The notes below the pieces were generated by a model. It ran no database searches. It had not been told where the DNA came from and worked only from the letters and a program-made list of their open reading frames with translations. The translations under genes and the position numbers were made by a program. 64,000 nucleotides of DNA from a virus: positions 1 to 64,000 of IMG/VR virus record IMGVR_UViG_3300022833_000005; one strand, written 5' to 3'. Shown here piece by piece: positions 28,448 to 40,200 of the stretch; the first letter of the stretch is position 1; every line of letters starts with the position of its first letter.

Positions 28448-31400
28448 ATGGCTAAAGAGGAAAAGATTAAAGAGCAAAGTGATATTCGTTTAGAAATGGC
28501 TACTGCTACAGCAGGGTTAAGTTTAGATACTTCAATTAGCCAGGTTGGACCTGGTAGGTTAACTTATGCTTTAAATGCAGCTATTGAAAATTTTGATTCT
28601 GCTTCTACAAACTATCAAAATGAACCAGGTAATGAATTTTGCTTGGTTTTTCCTGTAGGCTATAAACTTATTGGGGAACATTTTATTCCAGAAAAATCAA
28701 AAAACATATTATTTTTAGCAAACCCTGTAACAGGAGAAAGTGAAATAGGATATATGGAGAATGGTGATTGTCAATATCGCACTCTTATAAATGCTAAATG
28801 CTTAAACTTTAGCATTAAAAATCCTATTCCTAAAGTTGTGCATAGAATTACAAATTGTACAACAGAAATATATTGGACGGATGGAGTTAATTCTAGAAGA
28901 TATTTAGATATTGAAAATATTCCATATAAGTTAACCGGAGGTACTCCTGGTTGTGATCCTGTTTATGGCAATGAGTTAGATTGTAATCAACTTAAAATTC
29001 AACCAAATTTTAGTATTCCTAGATTAAAAATTAGTAAAATAGATAGTGTAGGTAATTTAATTGCGGGCACTTATCAATTTGGAGTACAATATTCAGATGC
29101 TGTAGGTAATGAATTAACTTCTTATTATTCTATAACCAATCCTACACCCATTGCTGATCAGTTTATAACATCAATAAACACTAATTACAATGTTGGAAAA
29201 TCTATTGTTATAAATGTTTTAGATCTCGATTTAACAGGTCAGTTTCAATATTTTAACATAGCTGTAATAAAAACCATTAATAACATTGCATCAGTTGAAT
29301 TAATTGGTACATATAATATTGAAGACGCAACAAAAGAAATAACATACACTGGTGCAGATGAAACTGTTATACGGTTATCTATGTTAGACATATTTGAAAA
29401 GTTTCCATATTATGATATAGCTCAAGATGTTACAGCTGTACAAGATGTTCTTGTATGGGATAATTTGACATCTGTTGATAGAATTAACTATCAATCTATT
29501 GCTAGTGAAATAAATATATCTTGGGAAACTTATAAAATACCAGCAAATGAAAATTATGCAGATGAGTTAAATGCTACAAATCTTCGTGGATACATGCGTG
29601 ATGAGGTGTATGCTTTTGAAATTGTATTTCTTCTTAAGAATGGAAAACAAACTGATGGTTTTCATATTCCAGGTAGAGTAAAAAGATTCACTGAAGATTT
29701 TCCTGATGTTCCTGATACAAATAATGATTTTATTGGAGAAGCTGATTATTACATAAATAATGTAGGATATAAAGCTTGGTGGAAAGTTTATAATACAGGT
29801 ACAGTTACAGGATTTACTCCAGAATATAACTCATCTACACAAAGTTCAAACTATAAAGGATCATATCAATATGGAGAATTTAGTTATTGGGAGTCTACAG
29901 AAGAGTATCCATGTAACACTGATTTGTGGGGTGAACTGTCTGGACAAAAAATAAGACATCATAAATTTCCAGATGTATTAGTTAGTCCTATTATTGAAAA
30001 TGGTAAAATCTTTTACAGTAATGATTTAATTAATATCAGTGAACTTCAGATGCAAAATGATGCTGTTTTTCCAATAGGTGTTAAAATAAACAATGACGAG
30101 ATTGATTCTTTAGTACAAAATTCTGAATTAACAGAAAATCAAAAAGATGATATTATTGGATACAAAATTGTAAGAGGGGATAGAGGTACTAATAAATCTA
30201 TTGTTGCAAAAGGTATACTTAGAAACGTAAATAAATATACAAGAGATGAAGAAGATTTTTATTACGCTAATTATCCATATAATGATTTAGAAACAGATCC
30301 ATTTATATTAGCAAACAATAACGCATGGAGTGATATATCAGAACCTTGGTTATTAACATTACCTGCAAGTGCTAATGAAGAAGATGGTATATATGAATAC
30401 GTAAGTCCTATAAATGGTAAAAGTGCAAAAGGAACTATAAAACCTGGGGAAACAATAGAAATATGTTCTATAAGTAGACCTTCAGGATTAATAGGTAAAG
30501 AGTTTTTAATTGGTCCAGGTAATTATGATGTATGGGAATTAGAAGCTATTGGTTGTGCTGGATGGGGAGCAAGTTGGTTTGATCCTTTTACAACTGATAA
30601 CTCTATTGAAGTATATGACTCACAGTGGTTAGCTGGATCAAGTAATCTTGGCGGTAAAGATCCTGCAATATTTGTAAAAGTTAATGTTAATGCTGTTACA
30701 GATTGTTACAGAAGTTGTGATAGTGGACCATTTCTTTGTCCGACTCCTAAATCTAAAAAGTTAATGGATTCAGTAGATATGCCTATAGGTATAATTTCTA
30801 CTGAATTGAAAGGTAGGAGATCTACATTAGGATGTCAATCTCAAAAACCACAAAAGTCTATAAAAGAACAGCAAGATACAGGACTTATATATAGACAAAT
30901 ATTTAATTCACCAGAAACTTCATTTGGTCAACCTTTCTTAGGAAGTGTTTTAAAATTAGAAAGTGTTTTATTTGGTAAAGGAAATTCACATTTTGTATCT
31001 GTTAAAGATGAAGCTAAATATAAACTATTATCAAAAGAAGCACAATTAGATGCTTTAAATAGTTCTAGAGATGTTGCAGCATTAACTAATGATTTTAATG
31101 CTGGTGTAATGTTTACTATGTATCAATCATATTTAACAATATATGTAAATGGTATTACTAGAAAAAATTATGCAATGTCTTTTAACTCTAGAGCTAATTA
31201 TGATTATTCATACCCTATAGAAAATAATGTAGAGGGTGGAATAAAACAAAGAGAAATAGATGTAACAAGATACTTAATCCCCGGAGTGCAATCTTTAGGT
31301 CTTGGTGAATTATCAATTAATAATTGGAATAGAGAATCATCTGTATTTATAAAAACGTCTGAAAACAGAGAAAGAGAAGATTCAACAACGACATCTATAA

Positions 31401-34357
31401 CACCTTTTCCTTTTCCAAGTAATACACCAAGTTTACTTACTGATTCAGGTTTACCATCTATAGTGGATAAATCTAGAATGACAATTGGTAATTCTGGTTA
31501 TTGCTCCACTCCGGAAAAACAACAAGATGTTTCTGTTGTTTCTTATTACGCTTCATTGAAAAACATTGTTGTTAATCAATGGGGCCAAATTTATTCATAT
31601 CAAACAATTGATACAGGATATCAAGTATCTATTAATAAAACAGGTACTTCAGTTATGTTTGGAGGAGACGTATTTATTTCAAGATTTGCATTTAAAACAA
31701 AACTTCCATTCTTCATTGATAATAGAGTGGGTAGACCTGATGACTCTAACGTATTTTATGATGAACTTGGAAACATAGGTTATCCAAAATACTGGCATTC
31801 TGCAAGATCGATATTAGAAGATTACTTACCTGGTCCGGAAGCTGATAACATTCCAATGAGAAATCTTATTTCATATAAGGCTCATAATTTTGATTGTCCA
31901 AATACTCCATCAGAAGTTGCACCTGGATCAGGATCAGCTAGAACATTCTATGATGGTTTCTTTTATTTATTTGCATATGGAATTCCTAACTTTTATTGTG
32001 AAACTGTATACAACACAGATTTACGTCAAGCAACTAATAATAAAGAAGGAGACTTTTGGCCTCATGTAAGTTCTGGTATTCCAGATGATTGGTTACAAGA
32101 AACAAACGTAACTATTGCTCAAGACAACACGTATAATTATAATGTAACTTATTCTAAACAGAACAAAGAGAATTTATTTACACACTTACCTGCTGATTGG
32201 AAAAAAGATTTATGTTTTACTTATTATCCTTTTAGAGCTATTTATTCTGATGCAGCTACAGATAATTCTGATATTAGCATAAATAACTGGTTGATATACA
32301 GAGCTCTGTCATTTCATAACTTTCCACAAAATTATGGGGCACTTGTGTCATTAGATGGTATTCAAAATAAAGCAATACTTGCTAGATTTGAAAATAAATC
32401 ATTACTATATAATAACTTACTAACTATAGATACAAGTAATCCTCAAGCTGCATACTTAGGCAACTCTAGATTATTTGATTCATCACCTCCAATTGATTTC
32501 GCTGAAACAGATCTTGGATATGTAGGTAGTCAAAATAAATTTTTATTAAAAATACCTCAAGGTCAAGTAACAATTGATTCTAAAAGAGGTCAAATATTTT
32601 TAATACAAGGAACCCAAATTCAAGATTTAGCAACATTTGGTTCCGGAGTGAATAGATTTATGACAGAACATTTACCATTTGAAATATTAAATCATTTTCC
32701 TGAAGTTAAAATAGATAATAATTACAATGGTATTGGATTACATGGAGTATATGATAGTAATTTTGAAAGAATTATTATAACAAAACTTGATTATATTCCA
32801 ATTAAAGCTGGAGTGTTTTATGATAATTCAATTCAGCAATTTTATGTAATGAATGGTGAGATTAAACAAGAAGTATTTTTTGATGAAAAAGAATATTTTT
32901 GTAATAAATCTTGGACAATGTCTTTTAATTTCAATACAAAATCTTGGATATCTTTTCATAGCTACATACCTAATTTCTACATAGGAGAAAACAATTTCTT
33001 TTATTCTGGAATGAATGCATGTTGCACAGATGGTGATTTAATAGTATTAGCCGGTGTGTTAGATCCGGTAGTAATAATACCAACGACTACTACTACTAGT
33101 ACTACAGAACTTTTTCCTCAAACAACCACTACAACTACAACTTTAGATTGTATTATAAGTGGTGGAACTTTTATAGGTACAGATTGTACTATAGTAGCAG
33201 GTACAGGATATATAACAATTCCACCAACTACTACAACTACAATATGCCAAAGACCAAATAACTTAATAGAGTTTGGTTTAGGTGGAGGTTATCAAGTTTC
33301 AGGTTCTGCTGCAGTAATAAGTACAGGTAGTGCAATAGATGCATGTAACGCTAGTGAGTTTGTAGAAAATAATTATAATCCAGAAAATCCTTCAAACAAT
33401 GTATCAGTAATTGAATTTATTGTTTCAGCAACATCATTAAATCTAGGTTCAGTCTTGTACCTTGGACAATTTACAGATTGTACACAGGCTCCAGATGGTT
33501 GGTATTGGATTTCTGACTATTCTATTATTTATGTACAATATGGTATAGTTCAAGAAATTTATGATTGTGATTCTCCAGTAACAACTACTACCACTACTAC
33601 CTTTAATGAAAACTGTATTGAGTTTTATTTAAACAATGAAACACAGATTACTGTAGGTTATTCGTACACCGATTGTAATGGTATATTCATTTCAGATGCT
33701 TTTTTAGTTGGACTTGAAGAAATTTCAATTTGTGCTATTTCTGGAACACTTGATCCAGAAAGCGGTATAACTGTAAGTATAGTTGGTGATTGTAATATAA
33801 CAACAACTACTACCACTACTACTGATACACCAATAACAACTACTACCAGTACTACTTCTGCACAAATAGCTTGTAATAGTTTTGTTCAATCTGGTGGTCC
33901 TGGTATTTCGGATTATTTCGTAACAATGGCCAATCCAAATGGAGGGCTTATAACATTTGATTTTAACGCACAAAGTATTCCAGATAAGTTAGAAATAATA
34001 CACATGTTACCTTCAAATGTTTTTATTAAGAAAGCAACTTCTAGCATGGATGCCAATAATAATTCAAGTAGTTTTGATAATGTTTACGGAACAAGAACAA
34101 GTAATGTAATACCTTCTGGAAACCTAGGAAGTATAAATCAATTTATTGGATCAAGTAAAGGATCGATACCTACTAGGTATAATGAATTCGTGGCAGCAAC
34201 AGGCGTTACAAATTTACCATTTACTTCAGGAAGTCAACAAAGAATATGGTGGGTTTATAGTGCTGCTGATTATGCAAATTCAAATCAAGTAAACATACGA
34301 GTTACAGGAGATAATGGCACACAATGGGATTTTAATAGAGTTTGTGAAATTCCTTAA
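28448..34357 (+). CDS. Tail stabilization/muzzle protein, N-terminal part, with a poly-Thr-linked Cys-rich C-terminal extension
   Basis: YALNA...NEPGN, IYWTDG, GYMRDEVY, FGGDVFISRF, SWTMSF...WISFHSYIP; low-complexity extension after about 33025. Confidence 0.82.
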   Translation: MAKEEKIKEQSDIRLEMATATAGLSLDTSISQVGPGRLTYALNAAIENFDSASTNYQNEPGNEFCLVFPVGYKLIGEHFIPEKSKNILFLANPVTGESEIGYMENGDCQYRTLINAKCLNFSIKNPIPKVVHRITNCTTEIYWTDGVNSRRYLDIENIPYKLTGGTPGCDPVYGNELDCNQLKIQPNFSIPRLKISKIDSVGNLIAGTYQFGVQYSDAVGNELTSYYSITNPTPIADQFITSINTNYNVGKSIVINVLDLDLTGQFQYFNIAVIKTINNIASVELIGTYNIEDATKEITYTGADETVIRLSMLDIFEKFPYYDIAQDVTAVQDVLVWDNLTSVDRINYQSIASEINISWETYKIPANENYADELNATNLRGYMRDEVYAFEIVFLLKNGKQTDGFHIPGRVKRFTEDFPDVPDTNNDFIGEADYYINNVGYKAWWKVYNTGTVTGFTPEYNSSTQSSNYKGSYQYGEFSYWESTEEYPCNTDLWGELSGQKIRHHKFPDVLVSPIIENGKIFYSNDLINISELQMQNDAVFPIGVKINNDEIDSLVQNSELTENQKDDIIGYKIVRGDRGTNKSIVAKGILRNVNKYTRDEEDFYYANYPYNDLETDPFILANNNAWSDISEPWLLTLPASANEEDGIYEYVSPINGKSAKGTIKPGETIEICSISRPSGLIGKEFLIGPGNYDVWELEAIGCAGWGASWFDPFTTDNSIEVYDSQWLAGSSNLGGKDPAIFVKVNVNAVTDCYRSCDSGPFLCPTPKSKKLMDSVDMPIGIISTELKGRRSTLGCQSQKPQKSIKEQQDTGLIYRQIFNSPETSFGQPFLGSVLKLESVLFGKGNSHFVSVKDEAKYKLLSKEAQLDALNSSRDVAALTNDFNAGVMFTMYQSYLTIYVNGITRKNYAMSFNSRANYDYSYPIENNVEGGIKQREIDVTRYLIPGVQSLGLGELSINNWNRESSVFIKTSENREREDSTTTSITPFPFPSNTPSLLTDSGLPSIVDKSRMTIGNSGYCSTPEKQQDVSVVSYYASLKNIVVNQWGQIYSYQTIDTGYQVSINKTGTSVMFGGDVFISRFAFKTKLPFFIDNRVGRPDDSNVFYDELGNIGYPKYWHSARSILEDYLPGPEADNIPMRNLISYKAHNFDCPNTPSEVAPGSGSARTFYDGFFYLFAYGIPNFYCETVYNTDLRQATNNKEGDFWPHVSSGIPDDWLQETNVTIAQDNTYNYNVTYSKQNKENLFTHLPADWKKDLCFTYYPFRAIYSDAATDNSDISINNWLIYRALSFHNFPQNYGALVSLDGIQNKAILARFENKSLLYNNLLTIDTSNPQAAYLGNSRLFDSSPPIDFAETDLGYVGSQNKFLLKIPQGQVTIDSKRGQIFLIQGTQIQDLATFGSGVNRFMTEHLPFEILNHFPEVKIDNNYNGIGLHGVYDSNFERIIITKLDYIPIKAGVFYDNSIQQFYVMNGEIKQEVFFDEKEYFCNKSWTMSFNFNTKSWISFHSYIPNFYIGENNFFYSGMNACCTDGDLIVLAGVLDPVVIIPTTTTTSTTELFPQTTTTTTTLDCIISGGTFIGTDCTIVAGTGYITIPPTTTTTICQRPNNLIEFGLGGGYQVSGSAAVISTGSAIDACNASEFVENNYNPENPSNNVSVIEFIVSATSLNLGSVLYLGQFTDCTQAPDGWYWISDYSIIYVQYGIVQEIYDCDSPVTTTTTTTFNENCIEFYLNNETQITVGYSYTDCNGIFISDAFLVGLEEISICAISGTLDPESGITVSIVGDCNITTTTTTTTDTPITTTTSTTSAQIACNSFVQSGGPGISDYFVTMANPNGGLITFDFNAQSIPDKLEIIHMLPSNVFIKKATSSMDANNNSSSFDNVYGTRTSNVIPSGNLGSINQFIGSSKGSIPTRYNEFVAATGVTNLPFTSGSQQRIWWVYSAADYANSNQVNIRVTGDNGTQWDFNRVCEIP

Positions 34358-34570
34358 ACAACTACTACCATTACTTTATCAAATTGTTTAGACTATTTGG
34401 TTCAAGGATTGTCAGGCACTATTACAATTAGGTACACAGCATGTAATGGTTTTGTTGATGAAACAACATTTAATGCAGCAACTGGACTATCAATTTGTAC
34501 ACAACCAGATTCGATAGATATAATAGAAGGGCAAGGAACTATAAACCTTCAGGGAAATTGTCTTAGTTAA
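34358..34570 (+). pseudogene. Startless 70-codon Cys-rich module in frame behind the muzzle stop codon
   Basis: TAA then TTTTITLSNCLDY...IRYTACNG...LSICTQ...QGNCLS*, resembling the module at about 33610-33795. Confidence 0.75.
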
Positions 34571-34607
34571 TTATTAAGTTCAGAATTTATATAAATAAAA
34601 TAAAGAG

Positions 34608-35474
34608 ATGTCAAAAACTATATCAATAAAATTAACAAAAACTGGACCTAATGTAGGACCTTTTAATATTCTTGACTTAGCTGGAAATATTTTAGCTTCA
34701 TCTATTTTACTGTCATCACTAATAGATGGCATTGCAATTGTTGTAGATGATGATGTTGAGTATATAGTTTTGGAATCATTAGAAGGTTGTACGTTTAAAA
34801 AAACTATTCAACTAGAAAATATAAATCAACAAGATTGGATAAATGAAAAATATGTTGAAGATAACACAGGTTGTATTTGGACACATTTAAAAAACACCAC
34901 TTTATATAATTATTATTATGGTAAAATAGAACCTTACATAATTGAATATCCTTTTTCATATAACTTCCAAGATGAAATATTACAAAATATAAAAGATTAT
35001 AGTGAAGTATTTAAATATTTACCATCAACAGTTGGAGTGTTTGATAATAATAGAAAAGTTCAAACAAACAAAAATTGGTTTAATAAAGCTATTTTATATA
35101 ACGGACAACAATGTTCCGGAGTGTTAGAGTTAGTTCCAAAACCTGAAAATAATTTATTTGAATATTTAAAATATCCTTTATTTAATTCAGATAGTAAAAC
35201 TATTACATTTACAAAAAGTGATAGTTTCTATCAATATAATACTTTTTGGTCAGTAGAGGTAGATTCTGAAATTCCAATGTTCACAACATCTTGTGAATCA
35301 TTATCTATAGATAAAGTGATTAATCAGTCTAATATGGATTATGGACAAAGATCATTTAAGAAATCTCCTCTTAGAGCTAGAGAATTAAAGGTGAGGCATA
35401 TATTAGATAACTCATCTACAACACATATAGTAAGTCAGTTTATTATTACACCTGCACAAATAAGTTATAAATAA
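34608..35474 (+). CDS. Probable C-terminal part of the split muzzle protein, fused to a 23588-family N-domain
   Basis: IKLTKTGPNVGPFNI domain, then IWTH...YYG...PYIIEY...FNKAILYN.QQCSG.L.L. Confidence 0.7.
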   Translation: MSKTISIKLTKTGPNVGPFNILDLAGNILASSILLSSLIDGIAIVVDDDVEYIVLESLEGCTFKKTIQLENINQQDWINEKYVEDNTGCIWTHLKNTTLYNYYYGKIEPYIIEYPFSYNFQDEILQNIKDYSEVFKYLPSTVGVFDNNRKVQTNKNWFNKAILYNGQQCSGVLELVPKPENNLFEYLKYPLFNSDSKTITFTKSDSFYQYNTFWSVEVDSEIPMFTTSCESLSIDKVINQSNMDYGQRSFKKSPLRARELKVRHILDNSSTTHIVSQFIITPAQISYK

Positions 35475-37222
35475 TGAAAGGTTGGTTAGATACATTTGAT
35501 AAAGCACAAACAGGAGCAAGTCTTCCTGGTGCTACTGGTATGATGTATTCTCGTTCATCTACATTAGATTACACTAAAAAAGCACAAGATGGTGATAAGT
35601 TTAAAAAAGACTTGTATGAAAAAACTAGAGTTAAAATAGATAATACAGCAGTTAAAAAACCTTTTATTTTACCAATTTTATCAAAAGAACAAATAGCTGA
35701 AAAAGCTGAAAAAAAAGCAGAAGAGATAAGAAGAAATCAACCAGTGTTTTCTTCAGATGATAGATCTCCTGAAGAAAGAAAAGCTGCTATAGAGAGAGCT
35801 GACCAAGTAAAAAATGCAAATTTATCAATAGGTGAAAAACTTTTACCTTACCTTGCAAATCCTTTTCGTGCAATTGGGGATGTTGTTGAACCTATGATAA
35901 ATTATGTAAGGCAAGGTAATATAGGTGGTAGTTCAGGATGGCAACATGCAACAAATCCTTTTCCTACCACTCAAGAAATAGCCCAAGAAGTAGAACTAAA
36001 TAGAACAGATCCTAATTTAAATTGGGGAGATAAGTTATTAAATAAAACTAAAATAGGATTAGGAGAAGTTCCTGCAGCAGCAATTAACTTAGTTACAGGA
36101 GCAGCTTTTGCACCTACAGGTTCTGGAGTTAAGGGAATGTTGAATTATGCATTAAACCCAATTGCTGGAACAAATTCAACAATATCTCCAATTATAAATA
36201 AACTTAAAAAAGATTTAAAAGCATCAGGAAGAAAGTTTGTTGCAAAAAATATACCAAGAAAAGTAAACACTCTTGTAGAAGGAACAGATATGACACTTAT
36301 AACTAATTCTAAAATAGGTGAATTATTTGACAAAACTGGTATACCAAAAGCATTAGGTTGGGAAAGGGGTTTTAATTATGGACCTAACTCAGAAGGTAGA
36401 AAATTTGTTGCATCTGCAAGTAATCCAGGTAAAGATGTTGTAGACTTATCTAGTTACACTGATGAAGTTGGTAAGTATTTTTCTTTTGAGAATGCATTTG
36501 TAAAAAACCCAATGACTGCAGGAAGAACCATGAAAGCAATGGAAAATGTTATTCCAAAGTATGGTATAATAAAACAAAACCCAGCATCAGGTTCGTTAAG
36601 CCAAGACTCTTTTAATATGATGGTTCAACGTTTAAAAAACCCTAGTAAATATAAAGATGTAACAAATTACGGTGATGATTATATATTTTTAAATAGGTTG
36701 GCTAATTCTAAAAGAATGATAAACCCAATAACAGGTAAGCCACATATTACTAATAGAACACTAAAAGATCAAAATTTATTTGATGGGGTTGAATTAAATG
36801 CTTTAGAAAAAAAATATAGTGATGTTTTCAACAAGCTTAGTGATAAAGGTATAGTCAATGGTGAATATAAAGGTCTAACTAATAGAGCTATTAAAATACC
36901 AGGTTTAGCAGATGATGTTTATCAGATTGGAATACCAAATATATCATTGAAAAAATTATATAAAGATGGTGGTTGGTTGTCTAAATATGAAAATGGTGGA
37001 GTGATAGAAGATGACAGAGGCCAATGGGCTCATCCAGGAGAAGTAACAAAAATAAACTCCAATAACATAACAATGAAAGGAGTAAACTATCCCGTCCTTG
37101 GGGTTTCAAATACAGGTGATGAACAATTGATGATGCCTGGAGAAAATTACAAGTTTGATGGGAAAAGTGTTACAGAGTATCCAATAATAAAAAATGGTGG
37201 ATGGTTATCTAAATATAATTAA
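35474..37222 (+). CDS. Virion cargo/ejection protein
   Basis: KAQxG and KxGGWLSKY repeats; C-terminal ITMKGVNYPVLG...MMPG...VTEYP. Confidence 0.65.
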   Translation: MKGWLDTFDKAQTGASLPGATGMMYSRSSTLDYTKKAQDGDKFKKDLYEKTRVKIDNTAVKKPFILPILSKEQIAEKAEKKAEEIRRNQPVFSSDDRSPEERKAAIERADQVKNANLSIGEKLLPYLANPFRAIGDVVEPMINYVRQGNIGGSSGWQHATNPFPTTQEIAQEVELNRTDPNLNWGDKLLNKTKIGLGEVPAAAINLVTGAAFAPTGSGVKGMLNYALNPIAGTNSTISPIINKLKKDLKASGRKFVAKNIPRKVNTLVEGTDMTLITNSKIGELFDKTGIPKALGWERGFNYGPNSEGRKFVASASNPGKDVVDLSSYTDEVGKYFSFENAFVKNPMTAGRTMKAMENVIPKYGIIKQNPASGSLSQDSFNMMVQRLKNPSKYKDVTNYGDDYIFLNRLANSKRMINPITGKPHITNRTLKDQNLFDGVELNALEKKYSDVFNKLSDKGIVNGEYKGLTNRAIKIPGLADDVYQIGIPNISLKKLYKDGGWLSKYENGGVIEDDRGQWAHPGEVTKINSNNITMKGVNYPVLGVSNTGDEQLMMPGENYKFDGKSVTEYPIIKNGGWLSKYN

Positions 37223-37266
37223 ATTAAAAAAAATCCACTAACTTTACAAAATATAATACAATCAAT

Positions 37267-40200
37267 ATGAAAGCTGAAATCTTAAAAATAGCAAACGTTA
37301 AAACTGAAAAAGAGTTTTATAAAAAGTTTCCAAATGAAAAAACCTTTATGGCAAAACATGGGAAAGCTGTAAAGAAACTAATGGTTAAAAAAGCACAAGT
37401 TGGTTCTATGATTAAAAACATAGACACACCAACAGGTAATGTTTCACCTACTCGTATAGATAATGATTATTTAAATGATCATGTTGCTTCACTTACAGGA
37501 GGTAAATCACAAGAACAGCTTAGACAAGAAGAAATGTACAACGCTCAATTGTCTAAACTTCAAGAACAATCAGGTGGAGGTGGTGGAGGTGGTTTATCAG
37601 GACTTATATCAATGGGTCAAAAAGCATATGCAGCATATAATGCTCAAAATGCTAAAGGTGCTGAAGGTGCTATTGATGTAGAAGGTGTTGATATTGGTGG
37701 TGCTGATGTTGGTAGTGGTCGTAATGGTGAAACACTTAGTAAGTTTTTTATGGGTGCACCTTTACCTAATGCTCAAACAGGTAAAACATTTGGTCAAAAG
37801 GCAAAAGATGTATATAATTCAAAAGCTGTTCAAGACTATGGAATTCCTATTATTGATGATATAGTATCAATTAATGATACACTCAAGGCTCAGAAAGAAG
37901 CAAAAGCTGTAGCTAAACAATCTAGAATGGTTTCTGATGTAGCACTGCAAGCTTCTAAAACTCAACCAGAAAGAATAGAACGTGATTATGTTCGTCCAGA
38001 AGATATAGAAATGACAGGGGAAGAATTCTTTCCTATATATGGGGTTGGTACAAATGTACTTGCTAAAAATGGTGGTATGTTTAGTGATCAAACTTATGCT
38101 TCTTTAAATAATGTTAATCAAGAAAAAATATTTAATCAAGGTGGTTATTTAAAGAAAGCTCAAGATGGAGCTAGTTTTAGTGACATGTCATATGGTGGTG
38201 GAGCAATGGGAGGGTTTGGTATGCAAGCAGGTCAAGTAGTTGGATTTAATAATGATGCTGGTTCGCAAATAGGTGGAAAAATAGGTGGAACTATAGGTAG
38301 TATATTTGGACCTGTTGGTGGAGCTATTGGTGGTTTTATTGGAGGTGGTATTGGAGATATGTTAGATAGAGATGATAGAAGAATTGAAATAGATAATGAT
38401 AAAGCTGAAAGAAATAATAAAGAATTAAGTTATAGTGCAGTGGCTCCTTCAGTTCAGGCTGGGTATGCTTCTCATGTACGTAATGGTGGAAATGTTGTAT
38501 CAGACTTATTTAAAGATGGTGGTAACTTACCATCTAACCCATCTGCATTAGATACAATGGCTATGGGAGGAGATATCAAAACTTTATGGGGTGGTAGTGT
38601 TGATACTGTTTCTTATAACCCTTATGCTGGTGGAGAGAGTATTGAATTTAAAGGAAACTCTCATGACAATTATGATCCTAAAACAAGACAAACTGGAATA
38701 GGTGTTGCTTATGGGGAACAATCAGTTGCTAATAATGAAGCGGTTGTAGAGGTAGAGAATGAACCTGCACAAAAATTAAGAGATGGTGGTGGTGATGAGA
38801 ACTTAGTTATATATGGTGATTTAAAAATTCCAGATGAATATGTAGATGAAATTGGTGATAACAGAGCAAAAGGTATGAAGTTTAAAAATTACGTAAGTAA
38901 ATTAAATAAAGATGAATCTAAAATTAATAATAAGATGGGTAATGCTGCAGATGTGGGGTTAGAATCTGACCAAACTATTTGGGGTCAATTAGAAAGAGCT
39001 ACATCAAATGTTATTATTGATGGAGGTGATGAGAAGTTAAAAAATATTGCTACAAAGAAAAATATACTAGCTGATTTACAAAGTGCTTTAAATGATACAT
39101 TTGATGACTTTCAAATTAAAGGTAATGAATTTATTAATAGAAGTAAAATAGTAACAGATCCTGAAAGAGTTGCAAATGCTAAATCTGGTAAGACTGTTCC
39201 CAAGGCACAAGATGGTAATGAGTCAGAAAATGAATTTGTATTAAATACTCTACCTAAAGATAAAAAGAATTATAAAAATGCAGCAGAGGCTAAAAAAGAT
39301 GGGTTTGAATTTAATAAAAAAACTAATAATTGGGAACGTGGTAATGAAACAGCTGCTATAGAAGAAAAAAAATCATCATCTTCAGCATTGGATAATGTTC
39401 GTAAAGGACAAAAATCTGGAGAAAAGTTTTCTGGTAATGTAACTGAAGAGCAATTTGAAACTCTTAAAACAGAAAACCCTTGGTTTGATTGGAGTAATTT
39501 TGATCTATCTAAAAAAGTTAAATATAATGGTAAAATGGTATCTGCTGATACATTAAGGTATCAAAAAGAATTTAATAAAATATCAGAAGATTCTGGATCT
39601 GATGTTAGAATTAAGGCAGATGGATATTTTGGAGAACAAACAGCTAGTGCAAGATTTAGCGAAAGGATTGAAGGTGCACCTGCTAGTAATGTTATTGAAA
39701 CAGCTACAGTAGATGAACCTACTACCACTGCAGAAGAAACAACATTAACTCCTAAGATTCCAAATATTCCTAATTTTATGAATAGAACACAAGGTGAAGG
39801 TCTTGACGGGAATCAATTACTTGCAGAACAATATGCAATGGCTACTAACCAAGTTCAACCTGTGTATGCTCAATCGTATACACCGAACTTAAATGTACCA
39901 TATGACATATCGTTACAAGATCAAATGAATGAAATCATTGCTCAAAGTAGAGCATTAAGTAGAAGTACAGCTTTTGAAGGAAATCCTGCTGCTGCTGCTC
40001 TAATGGCTGCTCCTATGTATGAAGCTATAAATAAAGTTAAAGCTGATGAGTTTAGAGCTAACCAAGCAATGAAAAGTCAGAATGTAATTGCAAACAATGC
40101 AGAACTTAATAGAGCTCAGTTAACAAACTTAGAAATATTTGATAAACAACAAGATAAGCAAGCTGAAGCTACTTCTAAAACTAGAACCCAAAATATAGAT

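Noticed and set aside
22155-35474. Diversity-generating retroelement or invertase shufflon acting on tail genes
   Set aside because: No reverse transcriptase, recombinase, TR/VR pair or inverted cassettes seen in this window
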